Shown here: one piece after another, positions 16,914 to 27,331 of the stretch
Numbering within the stretch: the first letter of the stretch is position 1
How the letters are laid out: each line of letters opens with the position of its first letter
DNA from: a virus
Lineage: Duplodnaviria > Heunggongvirae > Uroviricota > Caudoviricetes
Reading direction: 5' to 3' (one strand)
Length of the DNA stretch: 30,413 nt
IMG/VR virus record: IMGVR_UViG_2541047880_000005
Position numbers and translations under genes: made by a program
The notes under the pieces: generated by a model
Told to the model about the DNA's origin: nothing
The model's database searches: none
The model's input: the letters and a program-made list of their open reading frames with translations, nothing else

Positions 16914-17549
16914 ATGAACAATCTCGCAAATATTCAGGAACTCGCGCGCGTACTGCGCAACATGATTCGCACCGGCCTTGTCGTCGAAACCGACCTTAAC
17001 GCCGGTCGCTGCCGTGTGCAGACCGGCGGCATGTGCACTGACTGGCTTCAGTGGCTGACCCATCGTGCCGGTCGTTCGCGCACATGGTGGGCACCTTCCG
17101 TGGGGGAGCAGGTGCTGATTCTGGCCGTGGGCGGTGAACTCGACACGGCGTTCGTTCTGCCGGGGATTTATTCCGGCGATAACCCCGCGCCGTCTGCGTC
17201 GGCGGATGCCCTGCATATCCGTTTCCCTGACGGGGCGGTGATTGAGTATGAACCCGAAACCAGTGCGCTTACGGTAAGCGGAATTAAAACGGCCAGCGTG
17301 ACGGCTTCTGATTCTGTTACTGCCACGGTGCCGGTGGTCACGGTGAAAGCATCAACCCGCGTCACTCTGGACACGCCGGAGGTGGTCTGCACAAACAAGC
17401 TGACTACCGGCACGCTGGAAGTGCAGAAGGGCGGGACGATGCGCGGCAACATTGAACACACCGGCGGTGAACTCTCATCAAACGGTAAGGTACTGCATAC
17501 CCATAAACACCCCGGCGACAGCGGCGGCACAACCGGGAGTCCTCTATGA
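16914..17549 (+). CDS. V: Baseplate assembly/spike protein, P2 gpV homologue
   Basis: 211 aa, the P2 V length; first gene of the V-W-J-I-H-G operon. Confidence 0.85.
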   Translation: MNNLANIQELARVLRNMIRTGLVVETDLNAGRCRVQTGGMCTDWLQWLTHRAGRSRTWWAPSVGEQVLILAVGGELDTAFVLPGIYSGDNPAPSASADALHIRFPDGAVIEYEPETSALTVSGIKTASVTASDSVTATVPVVTVKASTRVTLDTPEVVCTNKLTTGTLEVQKGGTMRGNIEHTGGELSSNGKVLHTHKHPGDSGGTTGSPL

Positions 17550-17893
17550 CAGCACGTTATCTCGGAATGAATCGCAGTGATGGCCTGACTGTCACTGACC
17601 TTGAGCATATCAGCCAGAGTATCGGCGATATCCTGCGCACACCGGTCGGCTCACGGGTGATGCGTCGTGATTACGGCTCGTTGCTGGCGTCAATGATTGA
17701 CCAGCCGCAGACTCCGGCGCTTGAGTTGCAGATTAAGGTCGCCTGTTACATGGCAGTGCTGAAATGGGAACCCCGCGTCACCCTGTCATCCGTCACCACG
17801 GCGCGCAGTTTTGAGGGGCGAATGACGGTCACGTTAACCGGTCAGCACAACGACACCGGCCAGCCACTTTCGTTAACCATCCCTGTGAGTTGA
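17546..17893 (+). CDS. W: Baseplate wedge protein (gp25-like), P2 gpW homologue
   Basis: 115 aa, the P2 W length; overlaps the V stop. Confidence 0.85.
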   Translation: MTARYLGMNRSDGLTVTDLEHISQSIGDILRTPVGSRVMRRDYGSLLASMIDQPQTPALELQIKVACYMAVLKWEPRVTLSSVTTARSFEGRMTVTLTGQHNDTGQPLSLTIPVS

Positions 17894-17897
17894 AACC

Positions 17898-18806
17898 ATG
17901 CCGATTATCGACCTGAACCAGCTACCCGCACCGGATGTGGTCGAGGAGCTGGACTTTGAAACCATTCTTGCCGAACGCAAGGCGACACTGATTTCCCTTT
18001 ACCCGGAAGACCAGCAGGAGGCGGTCGCCCGTACCCTGACACTGGAATCTGAGCCTCTCGTCAAACTGCTGGAGGAAAATGCTTATCGTGAGCTTATCTG
18101 GCGTCAGCGTGTGAATGAGGCTGCACGGGCGGTGATGCTGGCCTGTGCTGCCGGTAATGACCTTGATGTGATTGGTGCCAATTACAACACCACGCGCCTG
18201 ACTATCACCCCGGCAGATGATTCGACCATCCCGCCGACACCGGCAGTGATGGAATCTGACACAGATTATCGTCTGCGTATTCAGCAGGCGTTTGAAGGTT
18301 TAAGCGTCGCCGGGTCGGTGGGAGCCTATCAGTATCATGGTCGCAGTGCCGACGGGCGTGTCGCGGATATCTCTGTCACCAGTCCGTCTCCGGCCTGTGT
18401 CACCATCTCTGTGCTGTCACGTGAAAATAACGGTGTCGCTTCCGAAGACCTGCTGGCGGTGGTGCGTAACGCCCTTAATGGCGAGGACGTCAGACCGGTG
18501 GCCGACCGCGTGACCGTGCAGTCTGCCGCCATCGTTGAATACCAGATAAATGCCATGCTTTACCTTTACCCTGGTCCCGAAAGCGAACCCATCCGCGCTG
18601 CCGCCGTGAAAAAACTGGAAGCGTATATCACGGCACAGCACCGGCTGGGGCGCGACATCCGTCTGTCTGCCATTTATGCCGCTTTGCATGTGGAAGGCGT
18701 GCAGCGTGTCGAACTGGCTGCACCACTGGCCGACATCGTGCTCAACAGTACGCAGGCGTCTTTCTGTACCGAATACAGCGTCGTGACCGGAGGCTCGGAT
18801 GAGTGA
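17898..18806 (+). CDS. J: Baseplate protein, P2 gpJ homologue
   Basis: 302 aa, the P2 J length. Confidence 0.85.
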   Translation: MPIIDLNQLPAPDVVEELDFETILAERKATLISLYPEDQQEAVARTLTLESEPLVKLLEENAYRELIWRQRVNEAARAVMLACAAGNDLDVIGANYNTTRLTITPADDSTIPPTPAVMESDTDYRLRIQQAFEGLSVAGSVGAYQYHGRSADGRVADISVTSPSPACVTISVLSRENNGVASEDLLAVVRNALNGEDVRPVADRVTVQSAAIVEYQINAMLYLYPGPESEPIRAAAVKKLEAYITAQHRLGRDIRLSAIYAALHVEGVQRVELAAPLADIVLNSTQASFCTEYSVVTGGSDE

Positions 18807-19329
18807 TTCGCGCCTGCTGCCGACCGGCTCATCACCGCTTGAGGTCGCCGCCGCAAAAGCCTGTGCGGAAATTGAAAAAACGCCGGTCAGTATTCGTGAG
18901 CTGTGGAACCCGGATGCCTGTCCGGCAAATCTGCTGCCGTGGCTGGCGTGGGCGTTTTCGGTCGACAGGTGGGATGAAAAGTGGCCGGAAGCAACAAAAC
19001 GCGCCGTTATCCGCGATGCGTATTTCATTCACTGCCATAAGGGCACTATAGGCGCAATCCGGCGTGTGGTGGAGCCGCTCGGCTATCTCATTAACGTAAA
19101 GGAATGGTGGGAGACAAACGACCCGCCCGGCACTTTCCGGCTTGATATCGGCGTACTGGAAAGCGGTATCACAGAGGAAATGTATCTGGAAATGGAACGG
19201 CTGATTGCCGATGCCAAACCCGCAAGTCGCCACCTTATCGGTCTGAACATTATCCAGGACATTCCCGGCTATCTGTATACAGGCGGTGTGGTCTGTGATG
19301 GTGATGTTATTACTGTTTATCCCGGATAA
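18799..19329 (+). CDS. I: Baseplate/tail-fibre attachment protein, P2 gpI homologue
   Basis: 176 aa, the P2 I length; overlaps the J stop. Confidence 0.85.
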   Translation: MSDSRLLPTGSSPLEVAAAKACAEIEKTPVSIRELWNPDACPANLLPWLAWAFSVDRWDEKWPEATKRAVIRDAYFIHCHKGTIGAIRRVVEPLGYLINVKEWWETNDPPGTFRLDIGVLESGITEEMYLEMERLIADAKPASRHLIGLNIIQDIPGYLYTGGVVCDGDVITVYPG

Positions 19330-19339
19330 GTGAGAAACA

Positions 19340-21961
19340 ATGAGCACGAAATTTAAAACCGTTATCACTACTGCCGGAGCCGCAAAGCTGGCAGCCGCCA
19401 CTGTCCCCGGCGGGAAAAAAGTAAACCTGTCTGCAATGGCCGTGGGTGACGGTAATGGCAAATTACCGGTGCCGGATGCCGGTCAGACGAAACTGGTACA
19501 TGAGGTCTGGCGTCACGCTCTGAATAAAGTCAGTGTGGATAATAAGAATAAAAACTATATTGTGGCTGAACTGGTTGTACCGCCCGAAGTGGGCGGCTTC
19601 TGGATGCGTGAGCTTGGTCTGTATGACGATGCCGGAACACTGATTGCGGTATCCAACATGGCAGAAAGCTATAAGCCAGAACTGGCTGAAGGCTCCGGAC
19701 GTGCGCAGACCTGCCGCATGGTTATTATTCTCAGCAATGTGGCGTCCGTTGAGCTGAGTATTGATGCCAGCACAGTGATGGCGACGCAGGATTATGTCGA
19801 TGACAAAATCGCAGAGCATGAGCAGTCCCGCCGCCATCCTGACGCCACGCTGACAGAAAAAGGTTTTACTCAGTTAAGCAGTGCAACAAACAGCACCAGT
19901 GAAAAGCTGGCGGCAACGCCAAAGGCAGTAAAAGCAGCCTATGACAATGCTGAGAAACGTCTGCAGAAAGACCAGAACGGTGACGATATTCCAGATAAGG
20001 GCGCTTTTCTGGACAATATTGGCGTTACCAGCCTGACGTTTATGAAACACAATGGAATGATTCCAACCACTGACAATCTTGACTCCTATGGCCCAGAAGA
20101 AAAATATCTTGGAACGTGGTCATGTCCGTCACAATCCACTGCAAAACCAGAGTCTGGTTACCCTGAAGATAAAGGCAATGGGGTTCTGGAAGTATTCAAT
20201 GCTGGTCGCTTTCACTGCACACAACGCTACACCACCCGAACCGGTAATATTTACATTCGGATGCTTGATGCAGAATGGAACCCAGCCAGTCCAACATGGA
20301 GTGCATGGAGAGTTATTACAAGCGGGACTCGACCATTAAGCACGTCAATTGACCTGAATTCTTTAGGTGGTGCGGAACACCTGGGAATATGGCGCAATAG
20401 CAGTACATCAATAGCCTCATTTGACCGTCATTTCCCGGAGGAAGGGAGTTTTGGGCAGGGTATTCTGGAAGTCTTTGAAGGCGGTCTGTATGGGAGGATG
20501 CAACGTTACACCACCCGTAGTGGGACTATGTACATTCGCGGACTGACTGCCTCATGGGATGCAGAAAATCCACAATGGGAGGACTGGATTGCTGTTGGGT
20601 ATCAGTCCACGGGATGGACTTATTCAGGGGATCTTGATGACCTTTTAAAGCCTGGTATTTATAGCGTTACGAAACAGGCCACAAATGCACCTGTCACCGA
20701 CTCTAAAGATCTTGCTGTTGGCTCAATAGTTGAAGTGAAAAAACGTTGTGATATTGAATCGTATATCCAGACATACACGACTGTTTCAGCAACGGATGCC
20801 TATAAAAACCGGACATTTCAGCGAACCCGCGCCAGCGGTGAAACTGACTGGGGGGAATGGGCGGAAGTATACAACTCAAAATCATTACTCACTAAATTAG
20901 GTGTCGGCGGTGTTACCGACAGGTTATCCAGTCTGGACTGGCAGACCTACGACTTTATACCGGGCAGCATGATAACTGTCAGGCTTTCAGATATGACCAA
21001 TATTCCCGATGGGATGGAATGGGGCGTCATTGATACTAACCTGATAAATATCACTGTTGGCCCCAGTGAAGGCGGAGGTGTCGCCCGTTCAATGCATGTA
21101 TGGCGCAGCACTTCAAACAAAACCAACTATCGTTTTTTTACAGTCCGCTTATATGGCAATCCTGGGGAGCGTAGCTTCAATATTCGTCGGCTACCAATCA
21201 TTGACGAAGCCCAGACATGGGGCGCGAAACAGACATTCAGCGGTGGCCTTTCTGGTGAGCTGTCAGGCAATGCTGCTACAGCAACAAAGCTGAAAACGGC
21301 AAGGACAATTAACGGCGTAAAATTTGACGGCTCGGCAAATATTGAAGCGTTTCCGCCAGGTGTTCCGCTGCCGTGGCCATCAGATACACCACCTGCAGGC
21401 TATGCAATTATGCAGGGGCAGACGTTTGATAAGGCAGCATATCCTAAACTGGCTATTGCCTATCCTTCTGGTGTTATTCCAGATATGCGCGGCTGGACAA
21501 TCAAGGGCAAACCCGCCAGTGGACGTGCTGTATTGTCACAGGAACAGGACGGGATTAAATCGCATACTCACAGCGCCAGTGCGTCAAATACGGATTTAGG
21601 GACGAAAACGACCAGTTCATTTGATTACGGCACGAAGACAGTCAGTACGTTTAACCATGGCACAAAATCAACGAACAATACGGGCAATCATACGCACACT
21701 GTCGGTGGTGTTTATGGCGGCGACTCTGTCGGTGGAAAACAGCGTGTACAGGCTTCAGGAAACAATCAGGTGTCCAGCACAGCCGGAGCGCACGCCCATA
21801 CGGTGGATATTGGTCAGCATAACCACACTGTAGGTATTGGTGCCCATGCACACACTGTAGCATTAGGTGCGCACGGGCACACCATCACGGTAAATGCTAC
21901 GGGTAATACCGAAAACACCGTCAAAAACATCGCATTTAACTATATTGTGAGGCTTGCATAA
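19340..21961 (+). CDS. H: Tail fibre protein (gpH-like), 873 aa. Has an internal tandem domain duplication and a His-rich HxH-repeat C-terminus.
   Basis: Position after I and before G. Longer than P2 H (which I recall as about 669 aa). Duplicated segment about 20181..20317 and 20459..20596. HxH repeats about 21560..21900. Confidence 0.85.
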   Translation: MSTKFKTVITTAGAAKLAAATVPGGKKVNLSAMAVGDGNGKLPVPDAGQTKLVHEVWRHALNKVSVDNKNKNYIVAELVVPPEVGGFWMRELGLYDDAGTLIAVSNMAESYKPELAEGSGRAQTCRMVIILSNVASVELSIDASTVMATQDYVDDKIAEHEQSRRHPDATLTEKGFTQLSSATNSTSEKLAATPKAVKAAYDNAEKRLQKDQNGDDIPDKGAFLDNIGVTSLTFMKHNGMIPTTDNLDSYGPEEKYLGTWSCPSQSTAKPESGYPEDKGNGVLEVFNAGRFHCTQRYTTRTGNIYIRMLDAEWNPASPTWSAWRVITSGTRPLSTSIDLNSLGGAEHLGIWRNSSTSIASFDRHFPEEGSFGQGILEVFEGGLYGRMQRYTTRSGTMYIRGLTASWDAENPQWEDWIAVGYQSTGWTYSGDLDDLLKPGIYSVTKQATNAPVTDSKDLAVGSIVEVKKRCDIESYIQTYTTVSATDAYKNRTFQRTRASGETDWGEWAEVYNSKSLLTKLGVGGVTDRLSSLDWQTYDFIPGSMITVRLSDMTNIPDGMEWGVIDTNLINITVGPSEGGGVARSMHVWRSTSNKTNYRFFTVRLYGNPGERSFNIRRLPIIDEAQTWGAKQTFSGGLSGELSGNAATATKLKTARTINGVKFDGSANIEAFPPGVPLPWPSDTPPAGYAIMQGQTFDKAAYPKLAIAYPSGVIPDMRGWTIKGKPASGRAVLSQEQDGIKSHTHSASASNTDLGTKTTSSFDYGTKTVSTFNHGTKSTNNTGNHTHTVGGVYGGDSVGGKQRVQASGNNQVSSTAGAHAHTVDIGQHNHTVGIGAHAHTVALGAHGHTITVNATGNTENTVKNIAFNYIVRLA

Positions 21962-22539
21962 TGGCTTTCAGAATGAGTGCAGAAGCACAAACTATCCGCG
22001 TTTTCAATTTACTTAATGGAACCAATGAGTTTATTGGCGAAAGTGATGCATATATTCCGCCGTATACTGGCCTGCCTGCAAACAGTACAGATATTGCACC
22101 ACCTGATATTCCTGCTGGTTATGCAGCCGTTTTCAATGCAGATGAAATGAAATGGGAACTGATGGAAGACCATCGCGGAAAGACCGTCTACGAAACGAAA
22201 ACAGGAGCAGCCATTTATATTTCTGAACTTGGCGTATTACCTCCAGACGTGACAGCTATTTCCCCGGAGGGGGATTATCAGAAATGGGACGGAAATGCGT
22301 GGGTGAATGATGAGAATGCAGAACGTGATGCGCTTGTCAGAGCGGCGGAGTCTCAGAAGAAAGAGCAGATTGCATATGCAGGTGAAATTATTGCCACTCT
22401 GCAGGATGCTGTCGATTTAGATATGGCTACCGAGGAAGAAAAGTTAAGCCTGACACACTGGAAAAAATACCGTGTGCTACTGAATCGCGTTCAGCCGGAA
22501 AATGCCCCGGATATTGAATGGCCGGAACTACCGCAATAA
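21961..22539 (+). CDS. G: Tail fibre assembly chaperone, P2 gpG homologue
   Basis: 192 aa; start overlaps the H stop (TAATG); canonical position. Confidence 0.8.
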   Translation: MAFRMSAEAQTIRVFNLLNGTNEFIGESDAYIPPYTGLPANSTDIAPPDIPAGYAAVFNADEMKWELMEDHRGKTVYETKTGAAIYISELGVLPPDVTAISPEGDYQKWDGNAWVNDENAERDALVRAAESQKKEQIAYAGEIIATLQDAVDLDMATEEEKLSLTHWKKYRVLLNRVQPENAPDIEWPELPQ

Positions 22540-22544
22540 ACACA

Positions 22545-22570
22545 GGCGGGCTTATTGTCCGCTTTTTCTT
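22545..22570 (+). terminator. Probable intrinsic terminator after G: imperfect GC hairpin (GGCGGGCTTATTGTCCGC) followed by TTTTTCTTT
   Basis: Read directly from the sequence; lies at the end of the V-to-G operon and before the FI promoter region. Confidence 0.55.
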
Positions 22571-22671
22571 TATCGGTGGTTGTGCTGTCGATTAGCCAAC
22601 CGGGACAAATAGCCTGACATCTCCGGCACAACTGAAAATACCACTCACCCATTAACCACGGAGTTAAACGG

Positions 22672-23862
22672 ATGAGTGACTATCATCACGGCGTGCAGGT
22701 GCTGGAGATTAACGACGGCACCCGCGTCATTTCCACCGTATCTACTGCCATTGTCGGCATGGTCTGCACGGCCAGCGATGCGGATGCGGAAACCTTCCCC
22801 CTCAATAAACCGGTGCTGATTACCAATGTGCAGAGCGCAATTGCAAAGGCTGGTAAAAAAGGCACGCTGGCGGCATCGTTGCAGGCCATCGCCGACCAGT
22901 CAAAACCGGTCACCGTTGTCGTGCGTGTGGAAGACGGCACCGGCGACGACGAGGAAACGAAACTCGCGCAGACCGTTTCCAATATCATCGGCACCACCGA
23001 CGAAAACGGTCAGTACACCGGACTGAAAGCCCTGCTGGCGGCGGAGTCGGTAACCGGTGTTAAACCGCGTATTCTCGGCGTGCCGGGACTGGACACCAAA
23101 GAGGTGGCTGTTGCACTGGCATCAGTCTGTCAGAAGCTGCGCGCTTTCGGGTATATCAGCGCATGGGGCTGTAAAACTATTTCCGAGGTGAAAGCCTACC
23201 GCCAGAATTTCAGCCAGCGTGAGTTGATGGTCATCTGGCCGGATTTCCTCGCATGGGATACGGTCACCAGTACCACCGCCACCGCGTATGCCACCGCCCG
23301 TGCGCTGGGTCTGCGCGCTAAAATCGACCAGGAGCAGGGCTGGCATAAAACACTGTCCAACGTTGGGGTGAACGGTGTTACCGGCATCAGCGCATCTGTA
23401 TTCTGGGATTTGCAGGAGTCCGGCACCGATGCTGACCTGCTTAACGAGTCAGGCGTCACAACACTGATTCGCCGTGACGGTTTCCGCTTCTGGGGTAACC
23501 GTACCTGCTCTGATGACCCGCTGTTCCTCTTTGAAAACTACACCCGCACCGCGCAGGTACTGGCCGACACGATGGCTGAGGCGCACATGTGGGCGGTGGA
23601 CAAGCCCATCACCGCAACGCTGATTCGCGACATCGTTGACGGCATCAATGCCAAATTCCGAGAGCTGAAAACAAACGGCTATATCGTGGATGCGACCTGC
23701 TGGTTCAGTGAAGAATCCAACGATGCGGAAACCCTCAAGGCCGGAAAACTGTATATCGACTACGACTATACCCCGGTGCCTCCTCTTGAAAACATGACCC
23801 TGCGCCAGCGTATTACTGATAAATACCTGGCAAATCTGGTCACCTCGGTTAACAGCAATTAA
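22672..23862 (+). CDS. FI: Contractile tail sheath protein, P2 gpFI homologue
   Basis: 396 aa, the P2 FI length. Confidence 0.9.
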   Translation: MSDYHHGVQVLEINDGTRVISTVSTAIVGMVCTASDADAETFPLNKPVLITNVQSAIAKAGKKGTLAASLQAIADQSKPVTVVVRVEDGTGDDEETKLAQTVSNIIGTTDENGQYTGLKALLAAESVTGVKPRILGVPGLDTKEVAVALASVCQKLRAFGYISAWGCKTISEVKAYRQNFSQRELMVIWPDFLAWDTVTSTTATAYATARALGLRAKIDQEQGWHKTLSNVGVNGVTGISASVFWDLQESGTDADLLNESGVTTLIRRDGFRFWGNRTCSDDPLFLFENYTRTAQVLADTMAEAHMWAVDKPITATLIRDIVDGINAKFRELKTNGYIVDATCWFSEESNDAETLKAGKLYIDYDYTPVPPLENMTLRQRITDKYLANLVTSVNSN

Positions 23863-23874
23863 GGAGCCTGACCG

Positions 23875-24393
23875 ATGGCAATGCCGCGCAAACTCAAATA
23901 CATGAATGTCTTTCTGAACGGCTACAGCTATCAGGGCGTTGCAAATTCCGTCACGCTGCCAAAACTGACCCGTAAGCTCGAAAACTATCGCGGTGCGGGG
24001 ATGAACGGCAGCGCACCGGTAGACCTCGGCCTTGATGATGATGCGCTGTCAATGGAGTGGTCGCTCGGGGGCTTCCCGGATTCGGTTATCTGGGAGCTTT
24101 ACGCTGCAACCAGTGCTGATGCCGTACCGATTCGTTTTGCTGGTTCTTACCAGCGCGACGATACCGGTGAAACGGTGGCCGTCGAAGTGGTCATGCGTGG
24201 GCGTCAGAAAGAAGTCGACACCGGAGAGGGTAAACAGGGAGAGGATACCGAATCGAAACTCCCGGTGATTTGTACTTATTTCAAGCTGACGATGGACGGT
24301 AAGGAGCTGGTCGAAATCGACACCATCAACATGATTGAGAAGGTGAACGGCGTCGACCGGCTGGAGCAACACCGCCGCAATATCGGCCTGTGA
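23875..24393 (+). CDS. FII: Tail tube protein, P2 gpFII homologue
   Basis: 172 aa, the P2 FII length. Confidence 0.9.
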   Translation: MAMPRKLKYMNVFLNGYSYQGVANSVTLPKLTRKLENYRGAGMNGSAPVDLGLDDDALSMEWSLGGFPDSVIWELYAATSADAVPIRFAGSYQRDDTGETVAVEVVMRGRQKEVDTGEGKQGEDTESKLPVICTYFKLTMDGKELVEIDTINMIEKVNGVDRLEQHRRNIGL

Positions 24394-24400
24394 TTTTCAT

Positions 24401-24421
24401 CCGGTCAGCCTGGCTGACCGG
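24401..24421 (+). promoter_or_regulatory. Perfect 9-bp stem / 3-nt loop hairpin (CCGGTCAGC CTG GCTGACCGG) between FII and E; possible attenuator or RNA-processing/stability element
   Basis: Read directly from the sequence. Not followed by a clear T-run. Confidence 0.45.
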
Positions 24422-24449
24422 TTAACCCCGATTCAGAAGTGAGAAAACC

Positions 24450-24725
24450 ATGAACAAAGAAAATGTGATTACCCTGGACAATCCGGTCAAGCGTGGTGAG
24501 CAGGTTATCGAACAGGTCACGCTGATGAAACCTAATGCCGGGACGCTGCGCGGTGTCAGTCTGGCTGCGGTCGCGAACTCCGAAGTCGATGCACTGATTA
24601 AGGTGCTGCCGCGCATGACGGCACCGATGCTGACCGAGCAGGAAGTCGCCGCGCTGGAACTGCCTGACCTTGTGGCGCTGGCCGGTAAGGTGGTCGGTTT
24701 TTTGTCGCCGAACTCGGTGCAGTAA
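24450..24725 (+). CDS. E: Tail assembly chaperone E, P2 gpE homologue
   Basis: 91 aa, the P2 E length. Ends in a TTTTTTG slippery heptamer context. Confidence 0.85.
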   Translation: MNKENVITLDNPVKRGEQVIEQVTLMKPNAGTLRGVSLAAVANSEVDALIKVLPRMTAPMLTEQEVAALELPDLVALAGKVVGFLSPNSVQ

Positions 24726-24811
24726 CGTTCCCGAAAAATCTCTCGGTCGATGACCTGATGGCGGATGTGGCAGTGATATTTCACTGGCCGCCATCAGAAC
24801 TGTATCCCATG
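24450..24811 (+). CDS. E': E+E' -1 programmed-frameshift fusion product (tail assembly chaperone, analogous to lambda G/GT); slip at the T TTT TTG heptamer 24698..24704
   Basis: Slippery heptamer is in the correct phase relative to the E frame. Hand translation of the -1 frame from 24704 gives VAELGAVTFPKNLSVDDLMADVAVIFHWPPSELYP, ending at a TGA at 24809..24811. Confidence 0.6.
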
Positions 24812-24869
24812 AGCCTGACCGAACTCATCACATGGCGCGAAAAGGCGCTCCGGCGAAGCGGAAACACGA

Positions 24870-27317
24870 ATGAGTAACAATGTAAAATTACAGGTATTGC
24901 TCAGGGCTGTTGACCAGGCATCCCGCCCGTTTAAATCCATCCGCACAGCGAGTAAGTCGCTGTCGGGGGATATCCGGGAAACACAAAAATCACTGCGCGA
25001 GCTGAACGGTCACGCATCCCGTATTGAGGGATTTCGCAAGACCAGCGCACAGCTTGCCGTGACTGGTCATGCACTTGAAAAGGCACGGCAGGAAGCCGAA
25101 GCCCTTGCCACACAGTTTAAAAACACTGAACGTCCGACCCGTGCTCAGGCGAAAGTGCTGGAATCCGCAAAGCGTGCGGCGGAGGACTTACAGGCGAAAT
25201 ATAACCGCCTGACAGATTCCATTAAACGCCAGCAGCGGGAACTGGCCGCTGTGGGAATTAATACCCGCAATCTTGCACATGATGAGCAGGGACTGAAAAA
25301 CCGTATCAGTGAAACCACCGCACAGCTTAACCGTCAGCGTGACGCGCTGGCGCGTGTCAGTGCACAACAGGCAAAACTTAACGCAGTAAAACAGCGTTAT
25401 CAGGCCGGAAAGGAACTGGCCGGAAATATGGCCTCAGTGGGCGCTGCCGGTGTGGGGATTGCTGCTGCGGGAACGATGGCCGGAGTTAAGTTGCTGATGC
25501 CCGGTTATGAGTTTGCGCAGAAAAACTCAGAATTGCAGGCTGTGCTCGGTGTGGCAAAAGACTCCGCCGAAATGGCTGCACTACGCAAGCAGGCGCGCCA
25601 GCTCGGCGACAATACCGCAGCCTCGGCAGATGATGCAGCCGGTGCGCAGATTATTATTGCGAAAGCCGGTGGGGATGTTGATGCCATTCAGGCGGCAACG
25701 CCGGTCACGCTGAATATGGCGCTGGCGAACCGTCGCACGATGGAAGAAAACGCCGCCCTGCTGATGGGGATGAAATCCGCCTTTCAGCTTTCAAACGATA
25801 AGGTCGCTCATATCGGGGATGTTCTCTCCATGACGATGAACAAAACCGCCGCCGATTTTGACGGTATGAGCGATGCGCTGACCTATGCCGCACCAGTGGC
25901 AAAAAATGCCGGTGTCAGCATTGAAGAAACCGCCGCAATGGTCGGGGCGCTGCATGACGCAAAAATTACTGGTTCAATGGCGGGGACGGGAAGCCGTGCC
26001 GTGTTAAGCCGCCTGCAGGCACCGACGGGAAAAGCATGGGATGCACTCAAAGAGCTTGGTGTGAAAACCTCAGACAGCAAGGGAAATACCCGACCAGTAT
26101 TTACCATTCTGAAAGAAATGCAGGCCAGTTTTGAGAAAAACCGGCTCGGTACTGCCCAGCAGGCTGAATACATGAAAACTATTTTCGGGGAGGAGGCCAG
26201 CTCAGCCGCCGCCGTGCTGATGACTGCCGCCTCAACTGGAAAGCTGGACAAACTGACCGCTGCGTTTAAAGCCTCAGACGGGAAGACCGCTGAGCTGGTA
26301 AATATCATGCAGGACAACCTCGGCGGTGACTTTAAGGAGTTTCAGTCCGCTTATGAGGCGGTGGGGACTGACCTGTTTGACCAGCAGGAAGGCGCACTGC
26401 GTAAGCTCACGCAGACGGCCACAAAGTATGTGTTAAAACTCGACGGCTGGATACAGAAAAACAAATCACTGGCGTCAATCATCGGCATCATTGTCGGTGG
26501 TGCACTGGCGCTGATTGGTGTCATCGGTGCCATTGGCCTCGTAGCCTGGCCGGTTATCACCGGCATCAATGCCATCATCGCGGCAGCAGGCGCAATGGGA
26601 GCAATCTTCACGACGGTTGGCAGTGCTGTTATGACGGCCATCGGGGCGATTAGCTGGCCGGTTGTGGCCGTGGTGGCCGCCATTGTCGCCGGGGCGTTAC
26701 TTATCCGTAAATACTGGGAGCCTGTCAGCGCATTCTTTGGCGGTGTGGTTGAAGGGCTGAAAGCGGCATTTGCGCCGGTGGGGGAACTGTTCACGCCACT
26801 TAAGCCGGTGTTTGACTGGCTGGGCGAAAAGTTACAGGCCGCGTGGCAGTGGTTTAAAAACCTGATTGCCCCGGTCAAAGCCACCCGGGACACCCTGAAC
26901 CGTTGCCGTGATACGGGCGTCATGTTCGGGCAGGCACTGGCTGACGCGTTGATGCTGCCGCTTAATGCGTTCAACAAACTGCGCAGCGGTATTGACTGGG
27001 TACTGGAAAAACTCGGTGTTATCAACAAAGAGTCAGGCACGCTTGACCAGACCGCCGCCAGAACTCATGCCGCCACGTATGGCACCGGTGGTTATATTCC
27101 GGCGACCAGCTCTTATGCAGGCTATCAGGCTTATCAGCCGGTCACGGCACCGGCTGGCCGCTCTTATGTGGACCAGAGTAAAAACGAATATCACATCAGC
27201 CTGACGGGTGGTACTGCACCGGGGACACAGCTTGACCGCCAGTTACAGGATGCGCTCGAAAAATACGAGCGGGATAAACGTGCGCGCGCCCGTGCCAGCA
27301 TGATGCATGACGGTTAA
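24870..27317 (+). CDS. T: Tail tape measure protein, P2 gpT homologue
   Basis: 815 aa, the P2 T length. Coiled-coil-rich N-terminus, Ala/Gly-rich hydrophobic central segments. Confidence 0.9.
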   Translation: MSNNVKLQVLLRAVDQASRPFKSIRTASKSLSGDIRETQKSLRELNGHASRIEGFRKTSAQLAVTGHALEKARQEAEALATQFKNTERPTRAQAKVLESAKRAAEDLQAKYNRLTDSIKRQQRELAAVGINTRNLAHDEQGLKNRISETTAQLNRQRDALARVSAQQAKLNAVKQRYQAGKELAGNMASVGAAGVGIAAAGTMAGVKLLMPGYEFAQKNSELQAVLGVAKDSAEMAALRKQARQLGDNTAASADDAAGAQIIIAKAGGDVDAIQAATPVTLNMALANRRTMEENAALLMGMKSAFQLSNDKVAHIGDVLSMTMNKTAADFDGMSDALTYAAPVAKNAGVSIEETAAMVGALHDAKITGSMAGTGSRAVLSRLQAPTGKAWDALKELGVKTSDSKGNTRPVFTILKEMQASFEKNRLGTAQQAEYMKTIFGEEASSAAAVLMTAASTGKLDKLTAAFKASDGKTAELVNIMQDNLGGDFKEFQSAYEAVGTDLFDQQEGALRKLTQTATKYVLKLDGWIQKNKSLASIIGIIVGGALALIGVIGAIGLVAWPVITGINAIIAAAGAMGAIFTTVGSAVMTAIGAISWPVVAVVAAIVAGALLIRKYWEPVSAFFGGVVEGLKAAFAPVGELFTPLKPVFDWLGEKLQAAWQWFKNLIAPVKATRDTLNRCRDTGVMFGQALADALMLPLNAFNKLRSGIDWVLEKLGVINKESGTLDQTAARTHAATYGTGGYIPATSSYAGYQAYQPVTAPAGRSYVDQSKNEYHISLTGGTAPGTQLDRQLQDALEKYERDKRARARASMMHDG

Positions 27318-27331
27318 GGAGGTGACGAAAA

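Noticed and set aside
18417-19461. Minus-strand ORFs of 203 aa and 209 aa
   Set aside because: Antisense to the J, I and H genes of the co-directional late operon; no promoter or ribosome-binding support.
26351-27040. 229-aa minus-strand ORF
   Set aside because: Antisense to the tape measure gene T; Ala/Ser/Thr-rich translation is a mirror of the Ala/Gly-rich sense frame.
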